Shown piece after piece: positions 31,100 through 42,006 of a stretch of 64,000 nucleotides of DNA; the first letter of the stretch is position 1; every line of letters begins with the position of its first letter. Position numbers and translations under genes: made by a program. Under the pieces are notes generated by a model that was not told the origin of the DNA, did not search any database, and saw nothing but the letters and a program-made list of their open reading frames with translations. The DNA comes from Thermodesulfobacteriota bacterium (GTDB lineage: Bacteria > Desulfobacterota_D > UBA1144 > Nemesobacterales > UBA2774): NCBI GenBank assembly GCA_965216785.1, contig OZ244197.1:992001-1056000 (forward strand), read 5' to 3'.

Positions 31100-32257
31100 A
31101 TGAAAAAAATATATCTGGACAATAACGCGACAACCCCTCTTGACCCAAGGGTTTATGAGGAGATGCTCCCGCACTTAAAGGAAAATTTCGGAAACCCCTC
31201 CAGCATTCACATGTTCGGGCGCAGCGCGAAGGCCGCGCTTGATACGGCAAGGGAGCAGGTTGCGGGGCTAGTCTCGGCAAGACTCAAGGAGATCGTGTTT
31301 ACCTCAGGCGGTAGCGAAAGCAATAACTACGCTATAAAGGGTGCAGCTATAAACCAGAGAGACAGAGGGAAAACGCACCTCATTACGAGTAGTGTAGAGC
31401 ACGAATCCGCCTTATATACTTTCAGATACCTTGAGTCCGAGGGATTTCGGGTTACGTATCTTGGTGTAGATAGTCAGGGAATGATAGATTTAGATGAGCT
31501 CGGGGATTCCATTACGGAAGAGACTGCGCTTGTCTCCTGTATGTACGCGAACAACGAGACGGGCGTAGTGATGCCCATTTATAAAATCGCCGAAATCGTG
31601 AAGGAGAAAGGAGCGCTTTTTCATACAGACGCGGTTCAGGCCGCAGGAAAGCTAAATGTCGATGTTACTCAGATACCGGCGGATTTACTCTCTTTATCGG
31701 CACACAAGATCTACGGGCCCAAGGGCACAGGAGCGCTCTTCGTTAGGTCTGATCCCGCTCAGGAATCAGTCCTTCGAACTTTAATTCACGGCGGCGGACA
31801 GGAAAGGGGTAAACGCTCAGGCACAGAAAATTTGACGGGGATAGTCGGGTTTGGCGAGGCGTGCGAGATTGCTCAAAAAGAATTAGCCGGCGATAGGGAG
31901 AGAATAAAGCCTTTAAGAGATATGCTTCTTGAGAGAATAACAAATGAAATTGCAGATGTGAGGTGTCATGGAAACCCTGACGATACGCTCTGGAATACAC
32001 TAAATTTGAGCTTCAGCGGCGTAGTAGGGGAGTCGCTCGCCATGAACCTTGATATTGAAGGTATTGCCGTGTCCACTGGGGCCGCTTGCTCGGAAGGAAA
32101 AGTCGATCCTTCGCACGTACTAAGAGCTATGGGGGCCTCAAAAGAGGATGCTGCGTCTTCAGTCAGATTCAGCCTGGGCAGGTTCACTGAAAAAGAGGAT
32201 ATAGATATAGTTACAGAGAAGCTTCCCGGAATTGTGAGTAGAATAAGGTCAGTCTAA
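31100..32257 (+). CDS. Cysteine desulfurase (IscS/NifS family)
   Basis: YLDNNATT, GNPSS, FTSGGSE, NNETG, SAHKIYGPKG, STGAACS. Confidence 0.93.
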   Translation: MKKIYLDNNATTPLDPRVYEEMLPHLKENFGNPSSIHMFGRSAKAALDTAREQVAGLVSARLKEIVFTSGGSESNNYAIKGAAINQRDRGKTHLITSSVEHESALYTFRYLESEGFRVTYLGVDSQGMIDLDELGDSITEETALVSCMYANNETGVVMPIYKIAEIVKEKGALFHTDAVQAAGKLNVDVTQIPADLLSLSAHKIYGPKGTGALFVRSDPAQESVLRTLIHGGGQERGKRSGTENLTGIVGFGEACEIAQKELAGDRERIKPLRDMLLERITNEIADVRCHGNPDDTLWNTLNLSFSGVVGESLAMNLDIEGIAVSTGAACSEGKVDPSHVLRAMGASKEDAASSVRFSLGRFTEKEDIDIVTEKLPGIVSRIRSV

Positions 32258-33294
32258 GGGAATACGGGGGGGCCGCTCAGACCTTCGCTCTCGTCCCAGC
32301 CCATCATTATATTCATGTTCTGCACGGCCTGCCCTGAGGCGCCTTTTACCAGGTTGTCTATTACGGAGACGATTACAGCTGTGTTGTTCTCAGGATTTAC
32401 ACGAAGCCCGATATTGCAAAAGTTAGAGCCTCTTACGTGCGCTGTCGAAGGATATACGCCCTCTGGGGATATCCTCACAAATTTTTCATTCTCGAAATGC
32501 TCCCTGTAGAGTTTTAGTAACTCCTCGGTCGTAGTGTCTTTAGTGAGGCGTACATAAATAGTCGAGAGGATGCCCCTGTCCATCGGTATAAGGTGTGGTG
32601 AAAACATGACTTTTACGTCTTTGCCCGAGTAATCTGAGAGTACTTCCTCAATTTCCGGCATATGACGGTGCTCGCCTATTTTATAGGCCTTAAGTCCCTC
32701 GTTTACCTCACAGAAATGAGTATCCAAAGAAGGGGATCGCCCCGCGCCCGTTACGCCCGATTTAGAGTCTATTATGATTGAATTACTCTCAATTAACCCC
32801 TCTTTTAATAAAGGGGCCAGCGGCAGTATTGACGACTCCGGATAGCAGCCCGGGTTTGCGACAAGTTTTGCGTCTTTAATTTTATCCCTGTTTAATTCGG
32901 GCAGTCCGTAAACAGATTGATCTATAAGCTCGGGGCAAGGATGCTCGCCGTACCATTTTTCATAACGCTCCCGGCTCAGCCTGAAATCTGCTCCCAGGTC
33001 TACTATTTTGATGTCTCTACCATATAGGGCCGAGATTATTTTCGCCGACGCTCCATGAGGCAGCGCGGCAAACACAATGTCTGTATCGCTCGGAACAGAG
33101 TCTGCATCCAGGGGTTCTAGTTTTAGATCCAAATACTCCCTAAGGTGGGGGAATACCTCGGATAGTTCCTTGCCCGCGTGTTTTTCCGCTGTTAGGTGTG
33201 TAACAGTGACGCTGGGATGCACGAGTAAAAACCTGAGAAGCTCGCTTCCTGTGTATCCACTCGCTCCTAATATGGCGACTTTATTTGTTTCCAT
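32254..33294 (-). CDS. argC: N-acetyl-gamma-glutamyl-phosphate reductase
   Basis: GASGYTG, ALPHG, ANPGCYP, HRHMPEI, DNLVKGASGQAVQNMN. Confidence 0.97.
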   Translation of the reverse strand: METNKVAILGASGYTGSELLRFLLVHPSVTVTHLTAEKHAGKELSEVFPHLREYLDLKLEPLDADSVPSDTDIVFAALPHGASAKIISALYGRDIKIVDLGADFRLSRERYEKWYGEHPCPELIDQSVYGLPELNRDKIKDAKLVANPGCYPESSILPLAPLLKEGLIESNSIIIDSKSGVTGAGRSPSLDTHFCEVNEGLKAYKIGEHRHMPEIEEVLSDYSGKDVKVMFSPHLIPMDRGILSTIYVRLTKDTTTEELLKLYREHFENEKFVRISPEGVYPSTAHVRGSNFCNIGLRVNPENNTAVIVSVIDNLVKGASGQAVQNMNIMMGWDESEGLSGPPVFP

Positions 33295-33415
33295 GGAGAT
33301 TGAAAAATATCAGGGAATACAGGTAATTACAAGGCCTGGGATTGAATTTTTACCTAATTTGGGAATAATAGTATACGGGTCAGGGTCGTATTTACGAATT
33401 TTGACTAAGGTTACC

Positions 33416-33448
33416 CGGTGAGTAATTTTTACAAAAATAAACTCACCG
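33416..33448. promoter_or_regulatory. Palindrome upstream of gap (operator or leader hairpin)
   Basis: CGGTGAGTAATTTTTACAAAAATAAACTCACCG with perfect 8-bp outer arms. Confidence 0.4.
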
Positions 33449-33485
33449 TATAAAAAATATTAACTTATTTCGGGGGAAGCACATA

Positions 33486-34493
33486 ATGTCAATCAAGGTA
33501 GGAATTAACGGATTCGGAAGAATCGGTAGGAGTATTCTTCGCATAGGACTAGAAAGAGGAGGGATGGACTTTGTTGGAATTAACGATATATCCGACTCCA
33601 AAACACTGGCGCATCTATTTAAATACGATTCGATTTTCGGTACATATAATGGGGATGTTACCGCCGAGAACGGTCACATAGTTATAGATGGGAAGCCTAT
33701 TAGGGTATTTTCAGAAAGAAATCCGGCGGATATAGCGTGGCAGGACGTAGGAGCCCAGATTGTAGCAGAATCAACCGGCATATTCCGCTCCAAAGATACA
33801 GCTGCGGCTCACTTGGGCGAGACTGTAAAAAAAGTCATAATTACAGCGCCCGGAAAATCGGATATCGATTTTACTACTGTGCTCGGAGCGAACCAGGATG
33901 AATATGACAGCGAAAACCACAACATCATTTCAAACGCCTCATGCACTACTAACTGTTTTGCAATGATAGTGAAAGTGCTTCATGAGAACTTCGGCATTAA
34001 ACAAGGTCAGATGACGACGGTTCATTCATACACGAACGACCAGCAGATTCTTGACGCGCCTCATAAAGATTTAAGAAGAGCCCGGGCCGCGGCGCTTTCA
34101 ATCATTCCTACCAGCACCGGAGCCGCAAACGCTATAAACATTATTTACCCAGAGCTCAAGGGTAAAATGAGCGCTGTCGCCATGAGAGTGCCTACTTCGG
34201 ATGTTTCGGTCGTTGACTTTACCTGCGAAGTGGATAAGTCCACCTCAGCCGAGGAGGTTAACGATAAATTCAGGGAGGCTTCAGAGGGCTCTCTTAAAGG
34301 ATATTTAAGATACTCAGAGGAAGAGCTTGTTTCCTCTGATTTTGTGGGAGATCCGCACTCCGCAATTTTGGATGCGCCTCTTACATCTGTTGTAGGCGGC
34401 AATTTGGTAAAGGTAATAGGTTGGTATGACAATGAATACGGTTACTCTACAAGAGTAGTCGATCTAATAGAATATATTGGGGAGAAGGGTTAA
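33486..34493 (+). CDS. gap: Type I glyceraldehyde-3-phosphate dehydrogenase
   Basis: GINGFGRIGR, SNASCTTNC, WYDNEYGYS. Confidence 0.97.
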   Translation: MSIKVGINGFGRIGRSILRIGLERGGMDFVGINDISDSKTLAHLFKYDSIFGTYNGDVTAENGHIVIDGKPIRVFSERNPADIAWQDVGAQIVAESTGIFRSKDTAAAHLGETVKKVIITAPGKSDIDFTTVLGANQDEYDSENHNIISNASCTTNCFAMIVKVLHENFGIKQGQMTTVHSYTNDQQILDAPHKDLRRARAAALSIIPTSTGAANAINIIYPELKGKMSAVAMRVPTSDVSVVDFTCEVDKSTSAEEVNDKFREASEGSLKGYLRYSEEELVSSDFVGDPHSAILDAPLTSVVGGNLVKVIGWYDNEYGYSTRVVDLIEYIGEKG

Positions 34494-35713
34494 TGAATAG
34501 GCTCGTTATATCGGATGTTCCGGACTCAATGCTTGAGGGAAAGCGCGTATTCGTGAGGGTTGACTTTAACGTGCCGATAAAGGGCGGGAAGATCAACGAA
34601 GACTACCGAATCCGTAGGGCAATCCCGACAATTGATTACCTTATAGAAAAAAAAGCAAAGGTTGTTCTTGCCTCTCACCTCGGGCGTCCGAAGGGGAATG
34701 TGATATCAGACCTATCCCTAAAGCCAATTGCCCTCAGGCTTTCTGAGCTTTTGGGCAAATCCGTACAATTTACCGGTAAGGTAAGAGGGGAAGAGGTAAG
34801 AAAGTCTATAGAGAATCTAAAGGGCGGGGAAGTTATGCTGCTTGAGAACCTGAGGTTCCATAAGGAAGAGACGGATAACGACCCAGAGTTCTCAAAAGAG
34901 CTCGCGTCTTTTGCGGATATTTATGTAAACGACGCGTTCGGCACATCACACCGTAAGCATGCCTCTACGTATGGTATGGCCTCGTATTTCGATCTGAGAC
35001 TTGCGGGTTTTTTGGTTAGCAGGGAGCTTAAATTTTTAACTAGGATCCGCGAAAACCCGGAACGCCCGTTTATAGTCATTGTGGGTGGCGGAAAGATTAA
35101 GGACAAGATCAACGCGCTTAGCAATTTTATAGAGAAGGCAGATAAGGTGCTTCTAGGAGGAGGGGTGGCGTATACGTTTCTCAAGGCAAAGGGGGTTAAT
35201 ATAGGTAACTCTATTGTCGATGACGAGAAGATAGACTGGGCAAGGGAGTCTCTCGAAAAATACGGTGATAAGATCTATCTCCCTGTGGACCACGTAGTTG
35301 CCGGCAGCTTTGAAAGGAGAAAGAACTGTATGGTGATGGACGAGGAGATTCCGGATGACCTGCAGGGTTTTGATATCGGTCCAAAAACAGCCGCACATTA
35401 CAATCATCAAATTAAGGGTAACGGCTCGATATTCTGGAGCGGACCTATGGGAGTGTTTGAAGTAGATGATTTCTCAGCCGGAACGACTCAGGTTGCTCGC
35501 ACCGTCGCTCTCGCCACATGGCGAGGAGCTACAACAGTGGTAGGAGGCGGAGATACTATAGCCTCTATCAGGAAAGCGGAAGTTCTGGACTCTGAAATTA
35601 CGCATATATCGACTGGAGGGGGCGCGCTGCTTGAATTTCTGGGCGGAGAGGAGCTCCCGGGTATATCTATTCTTAACAGGAAAGAAGAAAATATATCATT
35701 AGCTGCAAACTAG
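34493..35713 (+). CDS. pgk: Phosphoglycerate kinase
   Basis: RVDFNVP, SHLGRP, LLENLRF, VNDAFG, GGGDT, ISTGGGA. Confidence 0.97.
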   Translation: MNRLVISDVPDSMLEGKRVFVRVDFNVPIKGGKINEDYRIRRAIPTIDYLIEKKAKVVLASHLGRPKGNVISDLSLKPIALRLSELLGKSVQFTGKVRGEEVRKSIENLKGGEVMLLENLRFHKEETDNDPEFSKELASFADIYVNDAFGTSHRKHASTYGMASYFDLRLAGFLVSRELKFLTRIRENPERPFIVIVGGGKIKDKINALSNFIEKADKVLLGGGVAYTFLKAKGVNIGNSIVDDEKIDWARESLEKYGDKIYLPVDHVVAGSFERRKNCMVMDEEIPDDLQGFDIGPKTAAHYNHQIKGNGSIFWSGPMGVFEVDDFSAGTTQVARTVALATWRGATTVVGGGDTIASIRKAEVLDSEITHISTGGGALLEFLGGEELPGISILNRKEENISLAAN

Positions 35714-35816
35714 GGTTTTACTTCGTTGGCCTCTGAGGTTTTGGTGAGTTCGTATATAAAATTAGAAACGGTAATGATAAAAGGGGTATGAAATATAGAT
35801 ATATGGAGATGAAACG

Positions 35817-36881
35817 ATGGCAAAGGGTGATATAAATTCCATAGAAAAACTACTCGGCAAAGAAGCCGATTACCTTTTAAATCATAAATGTAAGACGGTC
35901 TCAAAATCGAATCTCCATCTACCGGGACCCTCTTTTGTAGACGATATATTTATTCCTTCTGACAGACCGAACTCTGTATTGAGGAACCTTGAGCTGATGT
36001 ACAACACGGGCAGGCTCGCGGGTACTGGATATTTGTCCATATTACCAGTTGACCAGGGAATAGAGCATTCTGCGGGAGCGTCCTTTGCTCCTAATCCTAT
36101 GTATTTTGATCCTGAAAATATTGTGAAGCTCGCGATTGAAGGAGGCTGTAACGCAGTCGCCTCGACACTGGGAGTGCTTGGATCCGTATCGAGGAAATAC
36201 GCCCATAAAATCCCTTTTATTGTGAAAATAAATCATAACGAGCTTCTTACTTATCCTAATACGTTTGATCAGATTATGTTCGCAAACGTAGACCAGGCTT
36301 TCCAGATGGGAGCGGTCTCTGTAGGCGCGACGATTTATTTTGGCTCTCCTGAAAGCTCTAGGCAGATACAGGAAGTGTCGGAGGCATTTAGCTATGCCCA
36401 TTCTCTCGGTCTCGCAACGATCCTATGGGCTTATCTGAGGAACCCCGCGTTTAAAACCGAGGACGCAGACTACCACCTGGCTGCAGACCTCACAGGGCAG
36501 GCAAACCACATTAGCGCTACGATTGAAGCTGATATTGTGAAACAGAAACAGGCCGAGAATAACGGAGGTTTTACAGCTCTTAATTTCGGTAAAACCGACC
36601 CCAAAGTCTATTCTAAGCTAACTTCATCTCACCCGATCGATCTTACCCGTTATCAGGTTGTGAACTGCTATATGGGAAGAGCGGGGCTCATCAATTCCGG
36701 TGGAGCTTCGGGGAAGAATGACCTTGCGCAGGCCGTACGTACCGCTGTGATTAATAAAAGAGCGGGTGGTATGGGCCTGATTACCGGCAGAAAATCTTTC
36801 CAGAAGCCTATGAAAGACGGTGTTAAGATACTAAACGCCGTTCAGGATGTATATCTGAATAAAGATATAACGATTGCCTGA
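35817..36881 (+). CDS. fbaB: Class I fructose-bisphosphate aldolase (DhnA/FbaB)
   Basis: [40 protein letters not shown]. Confidence 0.95.
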   Translation: MAKGDINSIEKLLGKEADYLLNHKCKTVSKSNLHLPGPSFVDDIFIPSDRPNSVLRNLELMYNTGRLAGTGYLSILPVDQGIEHSAGASFAPNPMYFDPENIVKLAIEGGCNAVASTLGVLGSVSRKYAHKIPFIVKINHNELLTYPNTFDQIMFANVDQAFQMGAVSVGATIYFGSPESSRQIQEVSEAFSYAHSLGLATILWAYLRNPAFKTEDADYHLAADLTGQANHISATIEADIVKQKQAENNGGFTALNFGKTDPKVYSKLTSSHPIDLTRYQVVNCYMGRAGLINSGGASGKNDLAQAVRTAVINKRAGGMGLITGRKSFQKPMKDGVKILNAVQDVYLNKDITIA

Positions 36882-36967
36882 TAGAAGACTTACCTTTCAA
36901 ATTCTTGCCTAGTAGATTCACTCTCTTGGATTTATAATTAATCCGGTTTACTGTAGGACTTTATCCG

Positions 36968-38119
36968 ATGAATTGGAAAATAGAGGGACTTAAGAGATTT
37001 GACGGGATATTCGGGAGGCTCGCGTGCTCGGCGGCTAAGCTAATCGCAGCTCCGAGAAAGTATGAAGATACCGATAGCCCGAGGATTCTTGTGATCAGGC
37101 CCGGAGGGATCGGGGACGCTGTCCTTCTGTTCCCGGCGCTTAAGGAGCTCAAAAAGCGCTATCCGGAGTGTGTAATAGATATTCTGGCCGAGAAAAGAAA
37201 TTCGGGGATATTTTCCTTGTGCCCTTATATAAATTCGGTAATTTGTTACGACGATAAACCACCTTCGGGGATTTTCTCGGCAATCAGGGGAAAGTACGAT
37301 ATCGTAATCGACACAGAGCAGTGGCACCGACTGACTGCCGCTGTGTCTTATCTGACTGGCGCTCCGGTAAGGGCAGGCTTTCAAACAAACGAGCGCTCAG
37401 GGCTCTACAGCCACCCGGCGCCTTACAGTCAAAGTGACTATGAGGCCCGAAGCTTCTTGAATCTGGTATCGGCGGTCACGGGAGAGCAGTATGAGTTTAA
37501 TCCTGAAGAGCCTTTTGTCCCGGTCGATTTATCAGGTTCGGGAGATATCGACTCTCTTTTAAACGATTTCAAAAAAAGGAAAAAAGCTATTGTTGGGATA
37601 TTCGCCGGGGCGACTGTGAATGAGCGGCGCTGGGGCACGAAAAATTTTGGTGAACTTACAAAGGGGCTTACTGATGATGGTTTTGGCGTGGTATTGCTAG
37701 GCGGCAAGGTCGATCTCGATAACTCTGCAGATATCAGGGAAATATCAGGTGCGGAGAATCTGATCGATTTCACAGGGGAAACTACCTTGGCCGAAACCGC
37801 TTACATTTTATCTCAGTTGAATCTGCTAGTCTCGGGCGATACGGGGCTTATGCATATCGCCTGCGGCGTGGGCACGGCGACTGTGGCGCTGTTCGGCGCC
37901 GGAATTGAAGAGAAGTGGGCACCTAATGGTAAATCTCACGTCGCTATCAATAAGCACCTTAGCTGCAGTCCCTGCACGAAGTTCGGGTACACCCCTTCGT
38001 GTCCATACGGTGTAAAATGCCTGAGTGATATCACTGTAGAGGAGGTTTCGCTCGCAGTACAGAAAAGGCTCACAGGCAGAAAAAGGAAGCGAAAGGCTAC
38101 TAAGGGCTCCCCAGTTTGA
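36968..38119 (+). CDS. GT9 glycosyltransferase (ADP-heptose:LPS heptosyltransferase-like)
   Basis: RPGGIGDAVL, DTGLMHIA, CSPC...C...C. Confidence 0.9.
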   Translation: MNWKIEGLKRFDGIFGRLACSAAKLIAAPRKYEDTDSPRILVIRPGGIGDAVLLFPALKELKKRYPECVIDILAEKRNSGIFSLCPYINSVICYDDKPPSGIFSAIRGKYDIVIDTEQWHRLTAAVSYLTGAPVRAGFQTNERSGLYSHPAPYSQSDYEARSFLNLVSAVTGEQYEFNPEEPFVPVDLSGSGDIDSLLNDFKKRKKAIVGIFAGATVNERRWGTKNFGELTKGLTDDGFGVVLLGGKVDLDNSADIREISGAENLIDFTGETTLAETAYILSQLNLLVSGDTGLMHIACGVGTATVALFGAGIEEKWAPNGKSHVAINKHLSCSPCTKFGYTPSCPYGVKCLSDITVEEVSLAVQKRLTGRKRKRKATKGSPV

Positions 38120-38196
38120 AGTTTACAATGTCAATCCTATCTTTAATATGATAAGATACCAAAACTTGTTTGATAAGAACGTTGAGGGTTGGATAG

Positions 38197-39231
38197 ATGA
38201 ATAGGTTGTTTCTGATAAGTATTATCACAATTCTTACCTTCTGTGCCTGTCAGCACATCTCTTTTGCTGTGTGCGTAGAAGGCCCGCCGGATACATTTAC
38301 CTGTGACTCAAGCCCGCCTAACCCTGATCCCGACGGCATACAGCAGAGCGCTAACGATAACGGCGTCCAGGTGAATGTGCTTCCCAATGGGAACATAGAT
38401 ACGAATAACATGATTGCAATCGATTTAGGTAACGGGGCAAACCATGTGAACATTGACAGCGCTTCTGTAACCGGGCAAGACCGGGCTGTAACAACAGGTG
38501 ATGGGCCTGACGAGATTTCGCTCCATAAGGCAAACGTGGAAGGCCAGGGTTCGACCCTTTTCTTTAATGACGGCGACGATAATATTGAAATAAAAGACTC
38601 TTTGGTAACGACTACGGTCGGAGGTGTCACCATAAGCGTGGGTTCAGGAAGCGACACTGCCGTAATCAGTAGCAGTACAGTTTCCACAGGCCCCAATATC
38701 AGCCGCGCTTTCACCGGAGGACTCGGCAGAGAGGACCTCACTATCATGGACTCTGTCATAACCAACTCCTCAACAGACGTAACTGTCTCACTAGGGGCGG
38801 ATGACGACAAGGTATTTGTTACCCGCTCAACAATCACTAATGCAAACAATAATTTCCCCTTAGGCGGCGCCGCCGGGGATGATGAGCTAACCATCGGTAC
38901 AGGCGCGGTAATACCGGGCGGTATTGACTGTGACCTTGATATTGACAACGTACCCCGTGGCTTTGATACACTTATATTCGCGATGGAGGTCCCGCGGAGC
39001 CAGATCGCCATGTTCACGGAGCAGATTGAAAATGCACCCACGCCTGATGGTTCTGTCACTATTAACGGCATATTTTATCTTTACAGAAACTGTGATCAAT
39101 TAGTAGCGGACCTGAGAGTACCCGAAGGAAGACCCATCCCCACCCTGTCTGAGTGGGGGCTTATCGTGATGGCCGGAGTGTTGGGATTAATAGCTTTGGT
39201 TGCTATAAGAAGAAAGAGCGCAGTTCAATAA
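38197..39231 (+). CDS. IPTL-CTERM surface protein with beta-helix-like GxGxD repeats
   Basis: Signal peptide; repeated G.G.D.V.I..S.; C-terminal RPIPTLSEWG-TM-RRK; paralog of 61753. Confidence 0.9.
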   Translation: MNRLFLISIITILTFCACQHISFAVCVEGPPDTFTCDSSPPNPDPDGIQQSANDNGVQVNVLPNGNIDTNNMIAIDLGNGANHVNIDSASVTGQDRAVTTGDGPDEISLHKANVEGQGSTLFFNDGDDNIEIKDSLVTTTVGGVTISVGSGSDTAVISSSTVSTGPNISRAFTGGLGREDLTIMDSVITNSSTDVTVSLGADDDKVFVTRSTITNANNNFPLGGAAGDDELTIGTGAVIPGGIDCDLDIDNVPRGFDTLIFAMEVPRSQIAMFTEQIENAPTPDGSVTINGIFYLYRNCDQLVADLRVPEGRPIPTLSEWGLIVMAGVLGLIALVAIRRKSAVQ

Positions 39232-39256
39232 ATAGCAGAATCAAAGTATAAAATTT

Positions 39257-39285
39257 AAAAAGGGAGCCGAAGCCCCCTCTTTTTT
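39257..39285. terminator. Bidirectional terminator
   Basis: AAAAAGGGAGC-CGAA-GCCCCCTCTTTTTT between convergent genes. Confidence 0.8.
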
Positions 39286-39319
39286 AAGCGCAAGCTTCTA
39301 TCTAGAAATTTATCGTTAC

Positions 39320-40201
39320 CTAAACGCCCTTATCTTCAAGGCCTTCGGGGACTTCGCCGTAATAAATGGAGTCTTCTTTGTAGAGCTCTTTTATCTTTTC
39401 CTTAGGCATGTCGGGCATCCCTTCGTCAAGTCCGAACATCTTGCAAAGGTGCTTTAACTCTTCATCTCTTCCGGGATGCGGCGCCATAGGCTGAATCATA
39501 TGTTCCTCTTTTAGCTCTTCCCTTACCTCTTTGTCTTCATTAAGAGGGGTTCCGTACTCGTTATAGTGATAGAGCTTGTCAAACCTTTTTCTCGGTCTTT
39601 GTCCCGGGCTCTCGGCAGGATATCCCACGGCCATTAGCCATATGGGCACTATGTTATCAGGGACGCCGAGGATCTTGGGAAACTCTGCCGGTTTTCTTCC
39701 CGTTGCCAGCAAACAGCACCCGAGCCCGAGCTCAGTAGCTGCAAGAAGAGAGTTCGCGATTGCCTGACCGGCCTCGATCCTAAGCAGGTCTTCAGCCCTT
39801 TCCCTCGGAAAGCTCATTAGGCGAGGGTATGTGGTTTCAGTAAGAATCTTATAGGTCCACCCATAAGCTGCCGTAACCGCTCTTGCCGGAAACAGCACCG
39901 AGAAAGACTCGACCAGCTCCTTATACCATGCGTCCATATTAATTAGCCAGGCGATAGTAATGGGCGCCTGCCTTAACTGCTGTTCGTTAAAAGTTGAGGC
40001 GCATTCTATTATCTGCTCGAATTTCTCTTCCGGGTATGTCCTTTTGTCTATTACTATTGCCTCTGTGGCGCCGCAGTTGCCCTGACACGAGGCGTAACGA
40101 GCCGCCTGCAGCATCCTTTGAATCTTCCAGTCCTCGACCTCTTCCCAGGGCTTGAAAAACCTGATGCTCCTTCTGCTACCTATAGCTTCTAAAAGTTCCA
40201 T
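39320..40201 (-). CDS. Nitroreductase family protein with C-terminal extension
   Basis: EAIGSRRSIRFF, LAATELGLGCC, VGYPAE..RPRK. Confidence 0.85.
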   Translation of the reverse strand: MELLEAIGSRRSIRFFKPWEEVEDWKIQRMLQAARYASCQGNCGATEAIVIDKRTYPEEKFEQIIECASTFNEQQLRQAPITIAWLINMDAWYKELVESFSVLFPARAVTAAYGWTYKILTETTYPRLMSFPRERAEDLLRIEAGQAIANSLLAATELGLGCCLLATGRKPAEFPKILGVPDNIVPIWLMAVGYPAESPGQRPRKRFDKLYHYNEYGTPLNEDKEVREELKEEHMIQPMAPHPGRDEELKHLCKMFGLDEGMPDMPKEKIKELYKEDSIYYGEVPEGLEDKGV

Positions 40202-40362
40202 ATTTATTGCCTCCTTATTTGCGAAAAGTAATTTAGTCTAAACGGAATTTAAAAAAATGTCTCCTGAGACCAGTTGTTTTAGTATAACTGAACGAGCGCT
40301 TGCTCGCCACATGTGATGGAGCATGGGAGTTTAATGTAAATAATTTGAGGATTAGGCCTGAA

Positions 40363-41121
40363 TCAGATATCTATTTCTAATAGATCCTGAGCCTCGATGA
40401 CTTTTGCCGTGACATTTTCCCTAATCTGCTGAACAACGTTTTCTTGGTCGCTTACGGGATAAAGATGTGTGACGACAATTTTTTTAGCACCGCACTCATT
40501 TGTAATCTTTATCACTTCTTTTGGTGTGAGATGACCTTTTCTCTTGTGCTGGTCAGGGAGCGCACATTCTATTATAAGAAGGTCCGCGTTCTGGGAGAGT
40601 TGTATTAGATTCTCTGAGTAATCGGTGTCGCCCGAATAAACGAGAGATTTCCCTTCTGCATCGATTCGGTACGCGAGACTGCTGTCGATATGGGGAACCT
40701 TCACGGCTGTAATATCTAGCTCTCCAGTACTAAGAGAGCCAGGCTCGATCTCTTCTATCTCCATACCCTCAGGCGCAATCCAATCTTTATACGCACTCTT
40801 AAGATTGTTGAAGAATTCAAGGAATCCTTCACCGCCCCAAATGCGAAGCGGCTTCTCTCTCTTCACGCCATAAGGGGACCATTCCGTGTATTTTCTTGCG
40901 AATAGAAACGGTACTAAATCACCTGTGTGGTCGGGGTGCAAATGGGAAAGAAATATATGGTCGATCTCCATATAGTTAATGCCGGCATGAGCCAGCTTCC
41001 AGGTGGAGCCATTTCCACAGTCGAGCAGCAGCTTTGAGTTCCCGGTCTCTATAGCATAGCCAGATGAGCCTCTCTGAGCGGAGGGAACGAGAGTCCCCGA
41101 TCCAAGAATTATGAGCTTCAT
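40363..41121 (-). CDS. MBL-fold metallo-hydrolase (RNase Z-like)
   Basis: LGSG, LDCG, SHLHPDH, YSGDT, GHLT, VTHLYP. Confidence 0.88.
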   Translation of the reverse strand: MKLIILGSGTLVPSAQRGSSGYAIETGNSKLLLDCGNGSTWKLAHAGINYMEIDHIFLSHLHPDHTGDLVPFLFARKYTEWSPYGVKREKPLRIWGGEGFLEFFNNLKSAYKDWIAPEGMEIEEIEPGSLSTGELDITAVKVPHIDSSLAYRIDAEGKSLVYSGDTDYSENLIQLSQNADLLIIECALPDQHKRKGHLTPKEVIKITNECGAKKIVVTHLYPVSDQENVVQQIRENVTAKVIEAQDLLEIDI

Positions 41122-41192
41122 TTTTTAATCACCGGCAATTGGGTTAATCTAATTAAGGACTGTAGCACCACTTGAGAGAAAGGGCAACATAT

Positions 41193-41960
41193 ATGAAGCG
41201 CGTAATTACAATAAGTACTGACTTCGGTGTAGTGGACTACTACGCCGGCGCGATGAAAGGGGTGATGCTGGGTATAAACCCGGATGCTCTGATCATTGAT
41301 ATAACCCACTCTATACCTAAGTTCGACGTTCTAACAGGTGCCCTCACCCTTAACGGCTTTTATAGCTATTACCCTGTGGGGACTATCCATGTTGCCGTCG
41401 TAGACCCTGGGGTTGGAAGTGAGAGGAGGCCCATAGCTATTGAGGCTGACGGCAATTATTTTATTGGCCCGGATAACGGACTGTTCTCAATAATCTACAG
41501 CAGGAGCAAGAAAACTCATATTAGAGAAATTACAAACCCGGATTATATGATGAAGTATGTAAGCAGCACATTTCATGGTAGGGACATCTTTTCACCAGCG
41601 GCGGCTCACATCTCTAAAGGTGTGAATATTAACGAGCTCGGGGATGAGGTCGCCTCACCCGTAACACTTGAGCTGCCCCAGCCCGTGGTTTCACCCGGAA
41701 GAGTGACGGGAAAGGTTATACACGCTGATTCGTTCGGCAACCTTTTGACGAATATACCCCATGAGATAGTGAAGCCGGGCTCGGAGGTGTATGTCGGTGA
41801 TATAGCTCTAGGTGCTCCGAAGAGCTCTTACGGAAGTGTAAAGAAGGGTGAGCTGCTTAGTATAGTGGGGAGCTTGGGTTTCTTGGAAATTTCCGTGAAT
41901 CAGGGAAGCGCTTATGAAGCGCTTGGCAGGGAATTGGCCGTAACTGTAGTTACGGGTTAG
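41193..41960 (+). CDS. SAM hydroxide adenosyltransferase / chlorinase-fluorinase family (DUF62)
   Basis: TDFG..D, DITH, VVDPGVGS.R, GPDNG, STFHGRDIF, DSFGN, LEISVN. Confidence 0.92.
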   Translation: MKRVITISTDFGVVDYYAGAMKGVMLGINPDALIIDITHSIPKFDVLTGALTLNGFYSYYPVGTIHVAVVDPGVGSERRPIAIEADGNYFIGPDNGLFSIIYSRSKKTHIREITNPDYMMKYVSSTFHGRDIFSPAAAHISKGVNINELGDEVASPVTLELPQPVVSPGRVTGKVIHADSFGNLLTNIPHEIVKPGSEVYVGDIALGAPKSSYGSVKKGELLSIVGSLGFLEISVNQGSAYEALGRELAVTVVTG

Positions 41961-42006
41961 TGCTCTATGGGTTTAGGAAAGTGTAGCGGTATTTACTAAG
42001 GAATAA

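Noticed and set aside
38250-39071. Long antisense ORFs (also 61893-62546, 28884-29486, 59082-59546)
   Set aside because: Shadows of well-supported genes on the opposite strand.
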